Below, piece by piece: positions 25,251 through 35,429 of a stretch of 64,000 bases of DNA. Both the position numbers and the translations under genes were made by a program. How positions within the stretch are numbered: the first letter of the stretch is position 1; each line of letters opens with the position of its first letter. Below the pieces are notes generated by a model, which did not search any database, was not told where the DNA came from, and saw nothing but the letters and a program-made list of their open reading frames with translations. The stretch comes from an uncultured Alphaproteobacteria bacterium (GTDB taxonomy: Bacteria; Pseudomonadota; Alphaproteobacteria; Rs-D84): contig CALXLS010000003.1 of NCBI GenBank assembly GCA_944389265.1, forward strand, positions 57,657-121,656, read 5' to 3'.

Positions 25251-26212
25251 CGTAATTTTTGTTGTTCCAGTTCATTCAACATATCTTTTACATTTTTGAT
25301 ATTATCTGTTGCGGAAGCAAAGCAACCAACATTTGCACGATTTATCAATCCTGTCAAAGCCTTTCCTGGTCCTAATTCATAAGCACGCGTAATATTATAC
25401 ACAGGAAATTTTTCCATTATTTCCAACCAACGGACACCATGAGTCATTTGATCTGCCAAAGATTCTTTTACGTCCAAAGGCTTTACCATAACATTTGCAG
25501 TCTGATTTGAAAACCAGTTAGTTTTTGGTGGTTGAACATTAATATTTTCTAATCTTTTGCGTAATAAAATTTCAGCATTTTGCATCAGTGCACAATGTGC
25601 AGGTATTGCCACATTTAAACGTCTTGCAATTTTTGCACCTTTATCACGTGCGCGCGCAAGGACTGCATCCAAAGCGTCACTCTGTCCACTAATTATAAAC
25701 TGATCACGCGCATTATGATTAGCAATAGCCGCATACCCATGCCCGGTTGCCGCCATTAAAGAAAGTTCTACATCTTCTTTAGACAACCCGACAATACAAG
25801 CCATTCCTCCCCCCTCTTGATTTGTCATAGACATATAAGAAGACCTAGCGGACAATAAATGAACCGCATCTTCCATAGAAACACTTCCCACGCAATGTAA
25901 GGCTGAATACTGTCCCATAGAATGCCCAACAATTGCATAAGCAATCTCATATAAAGGAGTATCTAACTTTTCTTCTATCAATCTTGCAATAGAAACAGAA
26001 TGAGCAAATGTACCCAAAGAAGTATTTTCTGGTTTATTTAAATCTTCTCTTGGTCCTTCGAAACAAATATTTGCAATATTTCTATGCGAAATATCAGATA
26101 CTTCTTCAAAAGTATGTCTAACCGCTGCAAATTCATTAAATAATTCTTTGCACATACCAACATACTGAGCACCCTGCCCTGGAAACACAAAAATAATCTT
26201 TTCATTCATCAT
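25247..26212 (-). CDS. fabD: Malonyl-CoA:ACP transacylase
   Basis: FVFPGQGAQYVGM and the active-site motif GHSMGQYSA. Start reset to the ATG at 26212 or 26209. Confidence 0.9.
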   Translation of the reverse strand: MMNEKIIFVFPGQGAQYVGMCKELFNEFAAVRHTFEEVSDISHRNIANICFEGPREDLNKPENTSLGTFAHSVSIARLIEEKLDTPLYEIAYAIVGHSMGQYSALHCVGSVSMEDAVHLLSARSSYMSMTNQEGGGMACIVGLSKEDVELSLMAATGHGYAAIANHNARDQFIISGQSDALDAVLARARDKGAKIARRLNVAIPAHCALMQNAEILLRKRLENINVQPPKTNWFSNQTANVMVKPLDVKESLADQMTHGVRWLEIMEKFPVYNITRAYELGPGKALTGLINRANVGCFASATDNIKNVKDMLNELEQQKLR

Positions 26213-26255
26213 AGGTAAGATAATGACACAAAAACAAAAAATGTCAACAGATACA

Positions 26256-26296
26256 AACAAAAAATACCATTGTGATTTTCTATCTCACAATGGTAT
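26256..26296 (-). terminator. Rho-independent terminator after the 241-aa OMP gene
   Basis: 12-bp stem (plus-strand arms ataccattgtga at 26264-26275 and tcacaatggtat at 26285-26296), followed on the minus strand by TTTTTTGTTTG. Confidence 0.8.
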
Positions 26297-26302
26297 CAGA
26301 TA

Positions 26303-27028
26303 TTAAAATAAAATATTTACCTGGGTTCCGACTTGCAATTCATTACTTTCGAATTCATAGTCTAAATGACCGATATACTGTGTACGTCCATATTGACGAA
26401 CTACTTTACCGCCTAACCACTCTTGATTATAATGTGGATTAGTTGCTTTACGTAAAGTAAAACTTGCCCCCAATCGCCAATCAGGATTTACGCGGAAATA
26501 AGCTTCTGGTACAAAATCGATATAAGCCATTCCACGAACATCATCAAAAATCCAACTAGATTTTATTGTAGCAGCCAACGTTACACCTGCCCACTGACGC
26601 CCGAAACGATAACCCGCATAGTAGGTAGAGTCTGCGAAATAAGGCGTACGAACACGCGAACTTCCGCCAAACTTTAATCCAAATAGTACATCAGAAATTA
26701 TATGAGCACTATTTCCTTCTGCCATACCGACACGATAAATACCGCCCAAATCTATACTAGAAAAACCATCTTCTGGACCATCAAAGTCTTGCTGATAATG
26801 AACATTTGCAGCAATTGTTAAGCGATTATTCAAGCCATAAGACACAGTTTGTCCTAGGCGCAAAATATTATCCCAATAAATCAGTGAAGTTTGAGATAAA
26901 ACATCTTCTATTTTCAGCATATACAAAGGATCTGAAGTATCCTGATCTAAAGCATTCGCACGTGCATTTTCAGAAAAGAAAGGCACAATCAAAACCAAAG
27001 CAACTAATAGTGAAAAAAATTTACGCAT
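26303..27028 (-). CDS. Outer-membrane beta-barrel protein (small paralogue)
   Basis: 241 aa. Signal peptide MRKFFSLLVALVLIVPFFSENARA, alternating hydrophobic/polar strands rich in Y/G, and a C-terminal ...NILF. Confidence 0.65.
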   Translation of the reverse strand: MRKFFSLLVALVLIVPFFSENARANALDQDTSDPLYMLKIEDVLSQTSLIYWDNILRLGQTVSYGLNNRLTIAANVHYQQDFDGPEDGFSSIDLGGIYRVGMAEGNSAHIISDVLFGLKFGGSSRVRTPYFADSTYYAGYRFGRQWAGVTLAATIKSSWIFDDVRGMAYIDFVPEAYFRVNPDWRLGASFTLRKATNPHYNQEWLGGKVVRQYGRTQYIGHLDYEFESNELQVGTQVNILF

Positions 27029-27075
27029 TCTCTCCCCCGAGTTTTATCAAAATAAAAAGCCCACAAATGGGTATA

Positions 27076-27103
27076 ATTCAGGCTCTAATCAAAGAGCCTG
27101 AAT
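27076..27103 (-). terminator. Hairpin downstream of the 402-aa OMP gene
   Basis: 11-bp stem ATTCAGGCTCT/AGAGCCTGAAT. The T-run follows only after a second short hairpin (CCCA-TTTG-TGGG, then CTTTTTATTTT). Confidence 0.5.
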
Positions 27104-27117
27104 CATACATACACCGA

Positions 27118-28326
27118 TTAGAATGAGAATATTGCCTGTAACCCGATTGAAGTTTCGGAATAATTATCAATATTAGCATTACCCATTTGTACGAACAATC
27201 CTGTATCTGCATCTGTTCCCCAGAAAGTCAAATCCTTACCATCTGCAGAATCATATACAGCAGTTTTTGCATACAGATTCAAAGCGAACCAATCATTAGG
27301 TTGCCAACCAATTGCAGCCTTTAAACTTGCCTGATTATGCCAATCATAATCACCGAATATGGCCTCAAAGTTTAATGTCCAATCTTCATCTAAGACACTA
27401 AACACACCCAGACCACCTTCAAGGTAAAATACATTTCCTACATTTGTATCATACGCCAAGAATATTGCAGCCTTTGTTCCTTCAGCGGTTTCCCCCTCTA
27501 TCCCATTACCATAAGAATTACCGTCAAAGTTTACGTACCATGCCCTGGCTAAACCATATATAGTAGAGGTACCAATTTTATATCCACCCTTCAAATCTAA
27601 CAGGAAATTATTTGATATATCTTTTTGATACTGATAATAACCAGATAGTGTTGCAATCCATTTATCATTATCAACAAAACGCCACTGCGCCCCTAAACCT
27701 AATAAGTTTAATCCACTATCATCCATAGTATCATCTGGTGCAGTAGACCAATCAAACTTATAGTCAGACATATCGTATCTCAACATAGCAAGTACAGCGA
27801 TACGGTCTGTAATACCATAACTGAAATCTTCCTTGATAGAAAACTGTCCCATATCCCACTTACCATTAGGGTCGGATATATACCCACCTTCTGATGGTGT
27901 CAGTAAAATATCATAAGAACTCATTGTATAAGATAAATCTGTGACAGAACCGAAATCCCCCTGTAAAGGTTGGAAGAAAGGATGTGCTAAATAATATTTT
28001 CGTCTAAGTTCACTACGATAAGTTTCTGCACGTGTTGTACGAACATTTGCCGAAGAATTAGAACTGCTAGAATATTGTTTATACAAATCGCTACGATTAG
28101 CAGGCTGAGTGTAATATATATTTTTTGCATCTTTTTGATCGTACGTCTTAGTAGATGTGCGAGTCTCATACTTTTCATAATTTACTTGCGTACGTTCGCG
28201 CACTGCAGGTTGACCTGTTAAATCCGCACTAGAACCAGCACGTGTTCCGAAATTAGTTGCTGCCAGCACAGGCGACACACCGAACAAAGCAACGCCCAAC
28301 ATAAATAAAGAAACTTGTTTTTTCAT
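27118..28326 (-). CDS. Outer-membrane beta-barrel protein (large paralogue with low-complexity N-terminal extension)
   Basis: 402 aa. Signal peptide MKKQVSLFMLGVALFGVSPVLA, an S/T/Y/R/N-rich ~90-aa region, then a barrel ending ...QAIFSF. FSYGITDRIAVLAMLRY aligns with VSYGLNNRLTIAANVHY in the neighbouring gene. Confidence 0.65.
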   Translation of the reverse strand: MKKQVSLFMLGVALFGVSPVLAATNFGTRAGSSADLTGQPAVRERTQVNYEKYETRTSTKTYDQKDAKNIYYTQPANRSDLYKQYSSSSNSSANVRTTRAETYRSELRRKYYLAHPFFQPLQGDFGSVTDLSYTMSSYDILLTPSEGGYISDPNGKWDMGQFSIKEDFSYGITDRIAVLAMLRYDMSDYKFDWSTAPDDTMDDSGLNLLGLGAQWRFVDNDKWIATLSGYYQYQKDISNNFLLDLKGGYKIGTSTIYGLARAWYVNFDGNSYGNGIEGETAEGTKAAIFLAYDTNVGNVFYLEGGLGVFSVLDEDWTLNFEAIFGDYDWHNQASLKAAIGWQPNDWFALNLYAKTAVYDSADGKDLTFWGTDADTGLFVQMGNANIDNYSETSIGLQAIFSF

Positions 28327-28383
28327 TACAAAAACTCCTTTTGGAAAATTATATCATAAAAAATCGACTCAAAAAAGCATTTA

Positions 28384-28420
28384 AATAAAAAAGCCTATAA
28401 AAACCTAGGTTTTTATAGGC
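28384..28420 (-). terminator. Rho-independent terminator after ftsK
   Basis: Perfect 28-nt palindrome GCCTATAAAAACCTAGGTTTTTATAGGC (28393-28420), followed on the minus strand by TTTTTTATTT. Confidence 0.8.
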
Positions 28421-28441
28421 AAACAACCCCAAATTTCTAAA

Positions 28442-30682
28442 TCATAAAATATGTCTTTTATTAGTCGCATCTGGTGGACTAACGATACCCTCTTTTTCCA
28501 TACGTTCCATAAATCCTGCAGCCTTATTATATCCGATACCTAATCTACGCTGTATATAAGAAATAGTAGGTTTTTTATCTCTTATAACATATTCTTTTGC
28601 TTGCGTATAAAGATCTGCATCTTTACTGGCTTTAGTTGGTGCCATACCTGGTACTGCAGTCACGGCATTTCCATCATCACATTCAGCAATACCTGCAACG
28701 TATTCAGGTTCACCTTGTGCGCGCAAGAAATCAGCGACACGATTAATTTCTGTATTTTCTATAAATGCACCATGTATACGAACGGGGCGTTTTCCAGCCT
28801 CACTAAACAACATATCACCACAGGCTAACAATTGCTCTGCCCCCTTTTCCCCCAAAGTTGTCATAGAATCTATAGCACTGCGTGCTTGAAATGAAATTCG
28901 TGTTGGGAAATTAGCCTTAATAACACCTGTGATAACAGAAGTATCTGGTCGCTGCGTTGCGGCGACAAGATGAATACCTGCTGCACGTGCCTTCTGTGCC
29001 AATCTTTGAACACATGCTTCTACATCTTTACGTGCAACTGACATCAAATCTGCAACCTCGTCTATAACAATAACTAAGTAAGGCATATCAGACAAATCAA
29101 CTTCTTGCGTTTCAAATTCTAACTCACCAGTTTCGGGGTCAGAACCAACAGCAACTTGTCGTGTTAATTTTTCACCATTTGCACGTTTTTTACCGACTGC
29201 TTCATTATAGCCTTCTATATTCTGGACACCTAATAACTGTAAACGTTTATACCGTTCTTCCATTTCACGAACAGACCATTTCAAAGCATTAACCGAAGCA
29301 TTTGAATCTGTCAAAACGGGTGTAATCAAATGCGGTATATTATCCCACAAAGTAAAATCAACACCTTTAGGGTCAATTATCATCAACTTACATCTGTCAG
29401 GTGTAAAATGATACAAAATTGACATAATAATAGATTGAACAAAAACAGATTTACCAGACCCAGTACGCCCAGCAATTAACACATGTGGCATTTTTGCCAA
29501 ATCAAAATACATTGGGTTTCCACCGATATCAACCCCCAATGCCAAAGGTATTCTATATTTAGAATTTATAAAAGTATCATTATCTACCAATGACTGAAAA
29601 CGTACAGTTTGTCTATTAAGGTTTACCATTTCCACACCAATAAATTGTGTACTTGGTATGGGCGCAATACGAATATTTTCTGCAGCCATTGCACGCGTCA
29701 TGTCATTTACCGTTTTACTTATATCAACCATACGAGTTCCACTTTCTGGTAAATATTCATAAAGAGTAACAATCGGTCCCGGTTTAATTCCTACAATTTT
29801 ACCATAAACATTATATTCTGTAAAATGGAATTCCATCGCCGTCGCATTTCTCTTTAACTCTGGTGTAATAACATTTTTTCCAAAAGAAGACCTTTCTAAA
29901 AACGCAGGATCAGGCAATTCATATTGATGCACACCATCTATGGCACCAAGATTTCTTGAAAGGTTACGTGTTTTTTTCTTTACCGCACGCGTTTTCTTAA
30001 TTTTTTCCTCTTCAGCAGCATCATCTTCTTCCTCAACAGAATCGTCTTCCTCTTCTACCTCTTCATAAGAATTTTCTGCTTCAACTTTTGTCAAATGGAA
30101 AATAGACATTAACCAGCGAACCGATTTATATAAAAAGCTTACTGCACTTTTAACATGTACCCATTTTATGTGTAATAACAATGCGCCTAAAACAAAGAAC
30201 CCACCAACACATAGAATACCTATTATTAACCCCCAGCCACCTATAACCGAAGCAACATCTGTTGCGACCAAACATCCTGCCAAACCACCGAAAGTAGCAG
30301 AAGGCATTAAAAGTCCGAATCCAGCCGCACCCATGCACAATGCGACAAAACAGCGTAAAAAATTATATTCTGGTGCAACATCTTCTTCCCAACCAGCAAC
30401 CCATGCAAGTCCCCATCTAGCTATACACAATATAAAAAACATAGCAGGGATAAAACCGACACCATAACGCAAGAAACCGACTACCTGTCCCATAACAGAC
30501 TGCTCACCGAAAGTACTTGCAGCTGCAAACCCGTCTAAATAAGGGTTAAAAAATACCAAAGACCACAAAGCCCATAAACCTACAGCAAGCAAAACCCCAC
30601 CTGCTATGCGTTTAATCAGACTTTTAAGCGCACCAGAAACTCTATCTGGTAAAAATTTTGATTGTTTTTCCATTTCATGCAT
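28442..30682 (-). CDS. ftsK: DNA translocase FtsK
   Basis: 746 aa. N-terminal TM domain, acidic linker (EEVEEEDDSVEEEDD), motor domain with Walker A GRTGSGKS, and a C-terminal gamma winged-helix (ISYIQRRLGIGYNKAAGFMERME). Confidence 0.95.
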   Translation of the reverse strand: MHEMEKQSKFLPDRVSGALKSLIKRIAGGVLLAVGLWALWSLVFFNPYLDGFAAASTFGEQSVMGQVVGFLRYGVGFIPAMFFILCIARWGLAWVAGWEEDVAPEYNFLRCFVALCMGAAGFGLLMPSATFGGLAGCLVATDVASVIGGWGLIIGILCVGGFFVLGALLLHIKWVHVKSAVSFLYKSVRWLMSIFHLTKVEAENSYEEVEEEDDSVEEEDDAAEEEKIKKTRAVKKKTRNLSRNLGAIDGVHQYELPDPAFLERSSFGKNVITPELKRNATAMEFHFTEYNVYGKIVGIKPGPIVTLYEYLPESGTRMVDISKTVNDMTRAMAAENIRIAPIPSTQFIGVEMVNLNRQTVRFQSLVDNDTFINSKYRIPLALGVDIGGNPMYFDLAKMPHVLIAGRTGSGKSVFVQSIIMSILYHFTPDRCKLMIIDPKGVDFTLWDNIPHLITPVLTDSNASVNALKWSVREMEERYKRLQLLGVQNIEGYNEAVGKKRANGEKLTRQVAVGSDPETGELEFETQEVDLSDMPYLVIVIDEVADLMSVARKDVEACVQRLAQKARAAGIHLVAATQRPDTSVITGVIKANFPTRISFQARSAIDSMTTLGEKGAEQLLACGDMLFSEAGKRPVRIHGAFIENTEINRVADFLRAQGEPEYVAGIAECDDGNAVTAVPGMAPTKASKDADLYTQAKEYVIRDKKPTISYIQRRLGIGYNKAAGFMERMEKEGIVSPPDATNKRHIL

Positions 30683-30719
30683 TTTATCACAAAAATAGTA
30701 AATTTGTTAGAACCTTATT

Positions 30720-31418
30720 TTATTTTTCCATATTTTTCGCTTTCAAAGTGGTCTTTACAAAATCCGCCATTACCATACCGATAAAAGCCCCTAACAAAAC
30801 ATCTGTTGGCCAATGTGCACCATAACAAACGCGCGACAGACCAATTACTATTGCCAACGACCAAGTAAACCATTTTATTTTTGGTGCAAGTAACCCCAAC
30901 ATAACAAGCCCGGCAAAAGAAGCAAATGAATGACCCGATGGCATGGAATTAAACGCCCACTCTGTTGATAAAGGGAAGAAACCGGTCATATCCAAAGCCT
31001 CATAAAAGATTGGGCGAGCTCTACCTATTAAAACTTTTAGTATTTGTCCGATGACACTTGCCGTCAGGACAGAACAAAAAACATAAAAAGCATAACTATT
31101 ACGAACCTTCTGCAAAGCATCTTTACAAAAAACGATTACACTAACTTTACCATTATCATTTTTATATTTAGGTTTAGAGTGCCAAATTTTCTTTATATAA
31201 AAGAACAACATAACCACAGCAGAAACAATTAACCAATTTTTTGCATCAAAAATCGCATCAAACCATCCCCACAACCGGCAATCAAAATTACGCAAAAATA
31301 AATAGAGAGGCTTATCAAACCAAAATATTCCTAGCAAGATCAAAACAAAAGTGACTATTCCTGAATACCCCAAAAGTTTCCACTTTATTTTATTTTCTTT
31401 TGTTAAAAACATATCCAT
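30720..31418 (-). CDS. PAP2-family lipid phosphatase
   Basis: 232 aa membrane protein with the three PAP2 motifs KVLIGRARP, PSGHS and SRVCYGAHWPTD. Confidence 0.85.
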   Translation of the reverse strand: MDMFLTKENKIKWKLLGYSGIVTFVLILLGIFWFDKPLYLFLRNFDCRLWGWFDAIFDAKNWLIVSAVVMLFFYIKKIWHSKPKYKNDNGKVSVIVFCKDALQKVRNSYAFYVFCSVLTASVIGQILKVLIGRARPIFYEALDMTGFFPLSTEWAFNSMPSGHSFASFAGLVMLGLLAPKIKWFTWSLAIVIGLSRVCYGAHWPTDVLLGAFIGMVMADFVKTTLKAKNMEK

Positions 31419-31433
31419 ACACCTTGTATTAAA

Positions 31434-32939
31434 TTACTCTGCAAATAATTTGTTGTAGACTTTTTTATCAGTCAAAATTTTAACCGCGACAGCAGAAGCC
31501 AAAGCATCTTCATCAGTCCCACTTGTAATAGTAGGACAACCACGTCTGATATCTTCAACTTTAGTTTCATCGTCCTGGTTAAAATCTTTTGATCTAAAAT
31601 CATTATTTATAACATTTAAGAAGAAAGCATGTTGCTGCGAAGAAGTACGAATATTAGACAAACAAACAATTGGGAAAAGCCCGCGTCCGTCTATATTTCT
31701 ACCCTTACCTGTCTTAATAGATTTATTTAATAATTCTAATGCGCCACCATTATCTAAATTAATTCGTGTAGCGATTCGTGCGCTACCCGCAGTAGGCGTT
31801 CCGACTAACACCCCACGTTCATATTCATAAAAAGCAGCAGCAACCGCTTCAGCAGTACCACGCGTCATATCAGACATCAAAACCACCACAGGTACATCTG
31901 TCACTGCTTTTCCACCAGGTACAACTTCGACTTCATCCCGTGCTGTTTCCACTATACGCAATACAGGTTCTGGTCCGATAAACAGCCCAGCCAACTTTGC
32001 GGCCGCTTTTTCGTCATCTCCTATTGCCGCGCGCAAATCCAAAACAATTCCTGTAATATCAGGATATGACAATAAGGCTTCATTTACGATTGCTGCAGAA
32101 TTATCTGATATTTTATGCACTACGATTTCTAACAAGCCGCCATTTTCAGGATCGCTACGATGCACAACATCTGCATCTGCTAAAATAATTGTAGCTCTAC
32201 GCAATACAACATCTTTTTCACCTGCTGGGGTTAACAACTTTAATTTGGAAGTACCAGAATTAAACCCGGACATTACACCAGACAAATCTGCATCAGACAT
32301 CGCAGCAACAGGTGTCCCATTTATAGCAATAATCAAATCCTCTTCTCTTATTCCTGCAGTATCTGCAGGGGAATCTTTATAAATTCCTGTAACACGATAA
32401 TTTCCACGTTCATCACGTACGCCTTCTAATCCGACACTTGTCAAAATTCTGCCATCTTCATTTATTTCTGCTTCGCGTGAAAAAATATATCTTCCATTTT
32501 CATCTATGCCACGCATAAGACTATCCACAACCATTTGATACATTTCACTTTCACTAGCATTATGAAGCACAGGATCATTTGCACGTAATTTTAATACAAG
32601 CGCGGTTGTAATTTCACCAAAGCCGTTCCAATCACCTGGTTTGGGTCTTGGATAATTGGCGATTATAGAATCCTTCCATACAAGAACAACACGTTCGTCT
32701 GTTGCAGCAATATGAGCATCAGAATTTAATTTCTCTAAACTTTCAATTGCAACATTTATATTTTTTCCACCCCAACTAACACTATCCAATTTTTTATAAA
32801 TATCTGCAAAGGTTGCCGACACATCAAAAACATTTAACCCGTCTTGAACAGGTTCATCTTCAAAAAACAAACTTTCTGCATAAAGCGGGGTTGCACCAAA
32901 GGCTAAAAAAGCACATAAAACGAATTTAAAAAACCTCAT
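31434..32939 (-). CDS. S41 (CtpA/Prc-like) peptidase homologue with PDZ domain; catalytic dyad apparently substituted
   Basis: Start reset to the ATG at 32939 (GAGGAGGG upstream; MRFFKFVLCAFLAFGATPLYA signal peptide). PDZ-like GIYKDSPADTAGIREEDLIIAING. The S41 core aligns without gaps but reads TRGTAE...TAGSA where GSASASE...FGKGS is expected. Confidence 0.8.
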   Translation of the reverse strand: MRFFKFVLCAFLAFGATPLYAESLFFEDEPVQDGLNVFDVSATFADIYKKLDSVSWGGKNINVAIESLEKLNSDAHIAATDERVVLVWKDSIIANYPRPKPGDWNGFGEITTALVLKLRANDPVLHNASESEMYQMVVDSLMRGIDENGRYIFSREAEINEDGRILTSVGLEGVRDERGNYRVTGIYKDSPADTAGIREEDLIIAINGTPVAAMSDADLSGVMSGFNSGTSKLKLLTPAGEKDVVLRRATIILADADVVHRSDPENGGLLEIVVHKISDNSAAIVNEALLSYPDITGIVLDLRAAIGDDEKAAAKLAGLFIGPEPVLRIVETARDEVEVVPGGKAVTDVPVVVLMSDMTRGTAEAVAAAFYEYERGVLVGTPTAGSARIATRINLDNGGALELLNKSIKTGKGRNIDGRGLFPIVCLSNIRTSSQQHAFFLNVINNDFRSKDFNQDDETKVEDIRRGCPTITSGTDEDALASAVAVKILTDKKVYNKLFAE

Positions 32940-32978
32940 TTTACCCTCCTCTTTTTTGCTTTTGATGCAACACAATTT

Positions 32979-33848
32979 TTATTTCTCTTCATTGTCCCGC
33001 AAGTTAAAGTGATATAAAATTACATTTGAAATATAAATACTTGTCATAGTACCCATTACGACGGCAAAAGTCATAGATATTGCAAATTCTTGCAGCATTG
33101 TTCCACCGAACAAATACAATGCAACCATAGCAAGTATCGTAGATACACCCGTCATAATAGTTCTGCGCAACATTTCATTTACAGACAAATCGATCAAATC
33201 AGACATCGGCATTTTATGATATTTTTTAATATTTTCTTCTATTCTATCATAATTTACGACCTTATCGTTAATAGAATATCCAACCCCCATCAAAATTACT
33301 GCAATAGACGTCTGATTAAATTCTAGTCCTGTTACAGAGAAGAAACCGAACATTATGATAAAGTCCAAAACCAACGATAAGAAGGAGCCAACCGCATATC
33401 CACCGCGATAACGCACCCATACATAGACCGCCATCAATATGAACGAGAATAATACCGCCAAAATACCACCACGTACAAGTTCACCGCCAATTTTCGGTCC
33501 GACTATTTGTACCTGAGAATATTGAACATTGTCACCTAAAATATTTTTAATTTCTGCGACGCGTTGATTTTGTTCTGCGTCGGTAGCCCCCTTTGGTAAT
33601 CCGACACGAACCAAAATAGACTTATTGTCAATTGATTGTAATTCAGGGTTAAAGTCCGACAATGCATGACGCATTTTATCAATCGTATAATCTGCAGACA
33701 CTGGTGTGACCTCCATAGAAATACCACCAGCAAAATCAATACCATAATTCAGACCGCGCGTTGCCAAAGATAAAATCGACAGACCGACTAACAATCCAGA
33801 AATCCAATAGGACAATTTACGATACTTCATAAATTTCAGTTTCATCAC
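32979..33848 (-). CDS. secF: Protein translocase subunit SecF
   Basis: 289 aa. GIDFAGG near the N-terminus and six TM helices. Lies directly downstream of secD. Confidence 0.95.
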   Translation of the reverse strand: MMKLKFMKYRKLSYWISGLLVGLSILSLATRGLNYGIDFAGGISMEVTPVSADYTIDKMRHALSDFNPELQSIDNKSILVRVGLPKGATDAEQNQRVAEIKNILGDNVQYSQVQIVGPKIGGELVRGGILAVLFSFILMAVYVWVRYRGGYAVGSFLSLVLDFIIMFGFFSVTGLEFNQTSIAVILMGVGYSINDKVVNYDRIEENIKKYHKMPMSDLIDLSVNEMLRRTIMTGVSTILAMVALYLFGGTMLQEFAISMTFAVVMGTMTSIYISNVILYHFNLRDNEEK

Positions 33849-33857
33849 ACTAACCTT

Positions 33858-35417
33858 TTACTTATTTTTTACGTATCCAATTTTTTTATTTTTGCCGTTC
33901 ATATACCAGTCGATAATAACCTTAGACAAAGACACACATGTAAACAATGTAGTCAAAACACCGACCGACAAAGTAACCGCAAACCCACGAATCGGGCCTG
34001 CACCGAACTGGAACAATACCAATGAGCAAATTAAATTAGTCAAATTTCCATCCATAACTGCTTTCATAGAACGATGGAAACCAGCTTCTACGGCTCGTAA
34101 AGGCGTTGCACCTTCTCTGATTTCATCGCGTATTCTTTCAAAAGGCAGAATATTCGCATCAACCGCCATTCCCAAGGTCAACACGATACCCGCGATACCA
34201 GGCAACGTAAGTGTAGCGCCCAACAAAGCAGAGATACCTATAATCATCGCCAAGTTAACAACCAAAACAAAACTTGCGATAACCCCGAAAGCACGATAGC
34301 AGAATATCATGAAAATCATAATGAAAATCATACCCGCCAAAGAAGCAACTTTACCTGCAGCAATTGTATCAGCACCAAGTCCTGCCCCAACCGTACGTTC
34401 TTCGATTACCTGCAAAGGTGCAGGCAAAGCACCACTACGCAAAAGAACCGCCAAATCTTTTGCACCTTGCAAAGTAAAACCACCAGAAATCTGACCGCGT
34501 CCCCCAGGTATCGGTTCACGAATAGCCGGTGCAGATAAAACCTTGCCATCTAAAACGATTGCGAAGCGTTCATTTACATGGTCTGTGGTTAACTTTGCAA
34601 ATTTGCGTGCACCAGTTGCATCAAAAGTAGTTGTCACAACTGGCATATTATGCTGATCGAAGTCAGCCTGAGAATCTTTTAACGATTCACCTGAAACCTC
34701 TATACGCGTATAAACAGGTATTTTCTGATCAGGCGCATCCATAAAAGGCAAAAATTCCGTTCCTTTTGGCGCATGACCAGAATCTAACTGTTCCTGAGTC
34801 ACATTTTCATTTACCAAATGGAAAGTCATTTTTGCGGTTTGACCGATTAATTCTTTTATGCGTTCCGGGTTATCCACACCAGGCAATTGAATTAAGATAT
34901 ATTTTCCACCTTGACTTTGAATAGAAGGTTCTTTTGTACCAAGTGCATCAATACGGCGGCGTACAATTTCTATACTACGCGCCAGCGCATCTTGCACCAT
35001 TTCTTCTTTTGCTTTTTCCGAATAAGCCAAAGTAAGTGTTTTATCGTCAGAAGAAATGTCCACAGAATCGCCAAGCACGCTTCTTAACCGTCCTTTTGCA
35101 TCAGAAACTTCTGATTCTTCACGAACTACCAAAGACACAACACCGTCATTATTACGCAAATTAGAAAAACGAATAACACCCTTATCACGATCGATCAAAG
35201 CGCTACGAACTTCATCGTATAATTGCATTCCTTTTTCACGAAACATTGTATCAGTATCAACTTCCAGCAGAAGTTGTGCCCCGCCCTTTAAATCCAATCC
35301 CAAAGAAATAGGCTGAATCCACGAAGGGAAATAAGGAGCCAAACTTGGTGCCAATGTTGGCACAGCCAGCAACACGCCAAATACCGCGACAAATATTATT
35401 GCTAGTTTTTTAAACAT
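33858..35417 (-). CDS. secD: Protein translocase subunit SecD
   Basis: 519 aa. LGLDLKGG, a large periplasmic domain and a C-terminal TM bundle (GIAGIVLTLGMAVDANI). Confidence 0.95.
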   Translation of the reverse strand: MFKKLAIIFVAVFGVLLAVPTLAPSLAPYFPSWIQPISLGLDLKGGAQLLLEVDTDTMFREKGMQLYDEVRSALIDRDKGVIRFSNLRNNDGVVSLVVREESEVSDAKGRLRSVLGDSVDISSDDKTLTLAYSEKAKEEMVQDALARSIEIVRRRIDALGTKEPSIQSQGGKYILIQLPGVDNPERIKELIGQTAKMTFHLVNENVTQEQLDSGHAPKGTEFLPFMDAPDQKIPVYTRIEVSGESLKDSQADFDQHNMPVVTTTFDATGARKFAKLTTDHVNERFAIVLDGKVLSAPAIREPIPGGRGQISGGFTLQGAKDLAVLLRSGALPAPLQVIEERTVGAGLGADTIAAGKVASLAGMIFIMIFMIFCYRAFGVIASFVLVVNLAMIIGISALLGATLTLPGIAGIVLTLGMAVDANILPFERIRDEIREGATPLRAVEAGFHRSMKAVMDGNLTNLICSLVLFQFGAGPIRGFAVTLSVGVLTTLFTCVSLSKVIIDWYMNGKNKKIGYVKNK

Positions 35418-35429
35418 AACCGAACCCTT

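Noticed and set aside
28393-28420. The perfect 28-nt palindrome GCCTATAAAAA-CCTAGG-TTTTTATAGGC right next to ftsK, considered as a dif/XerCD site (11-6-11 layout)
   Set aside because: The arms do not resemble the conserved dif arms (…CATAA / TTATGTTAAAT). The palindrome is followed by a T-run on the ftsK coding strand, so an intrinsic terminator is the simpler reading.
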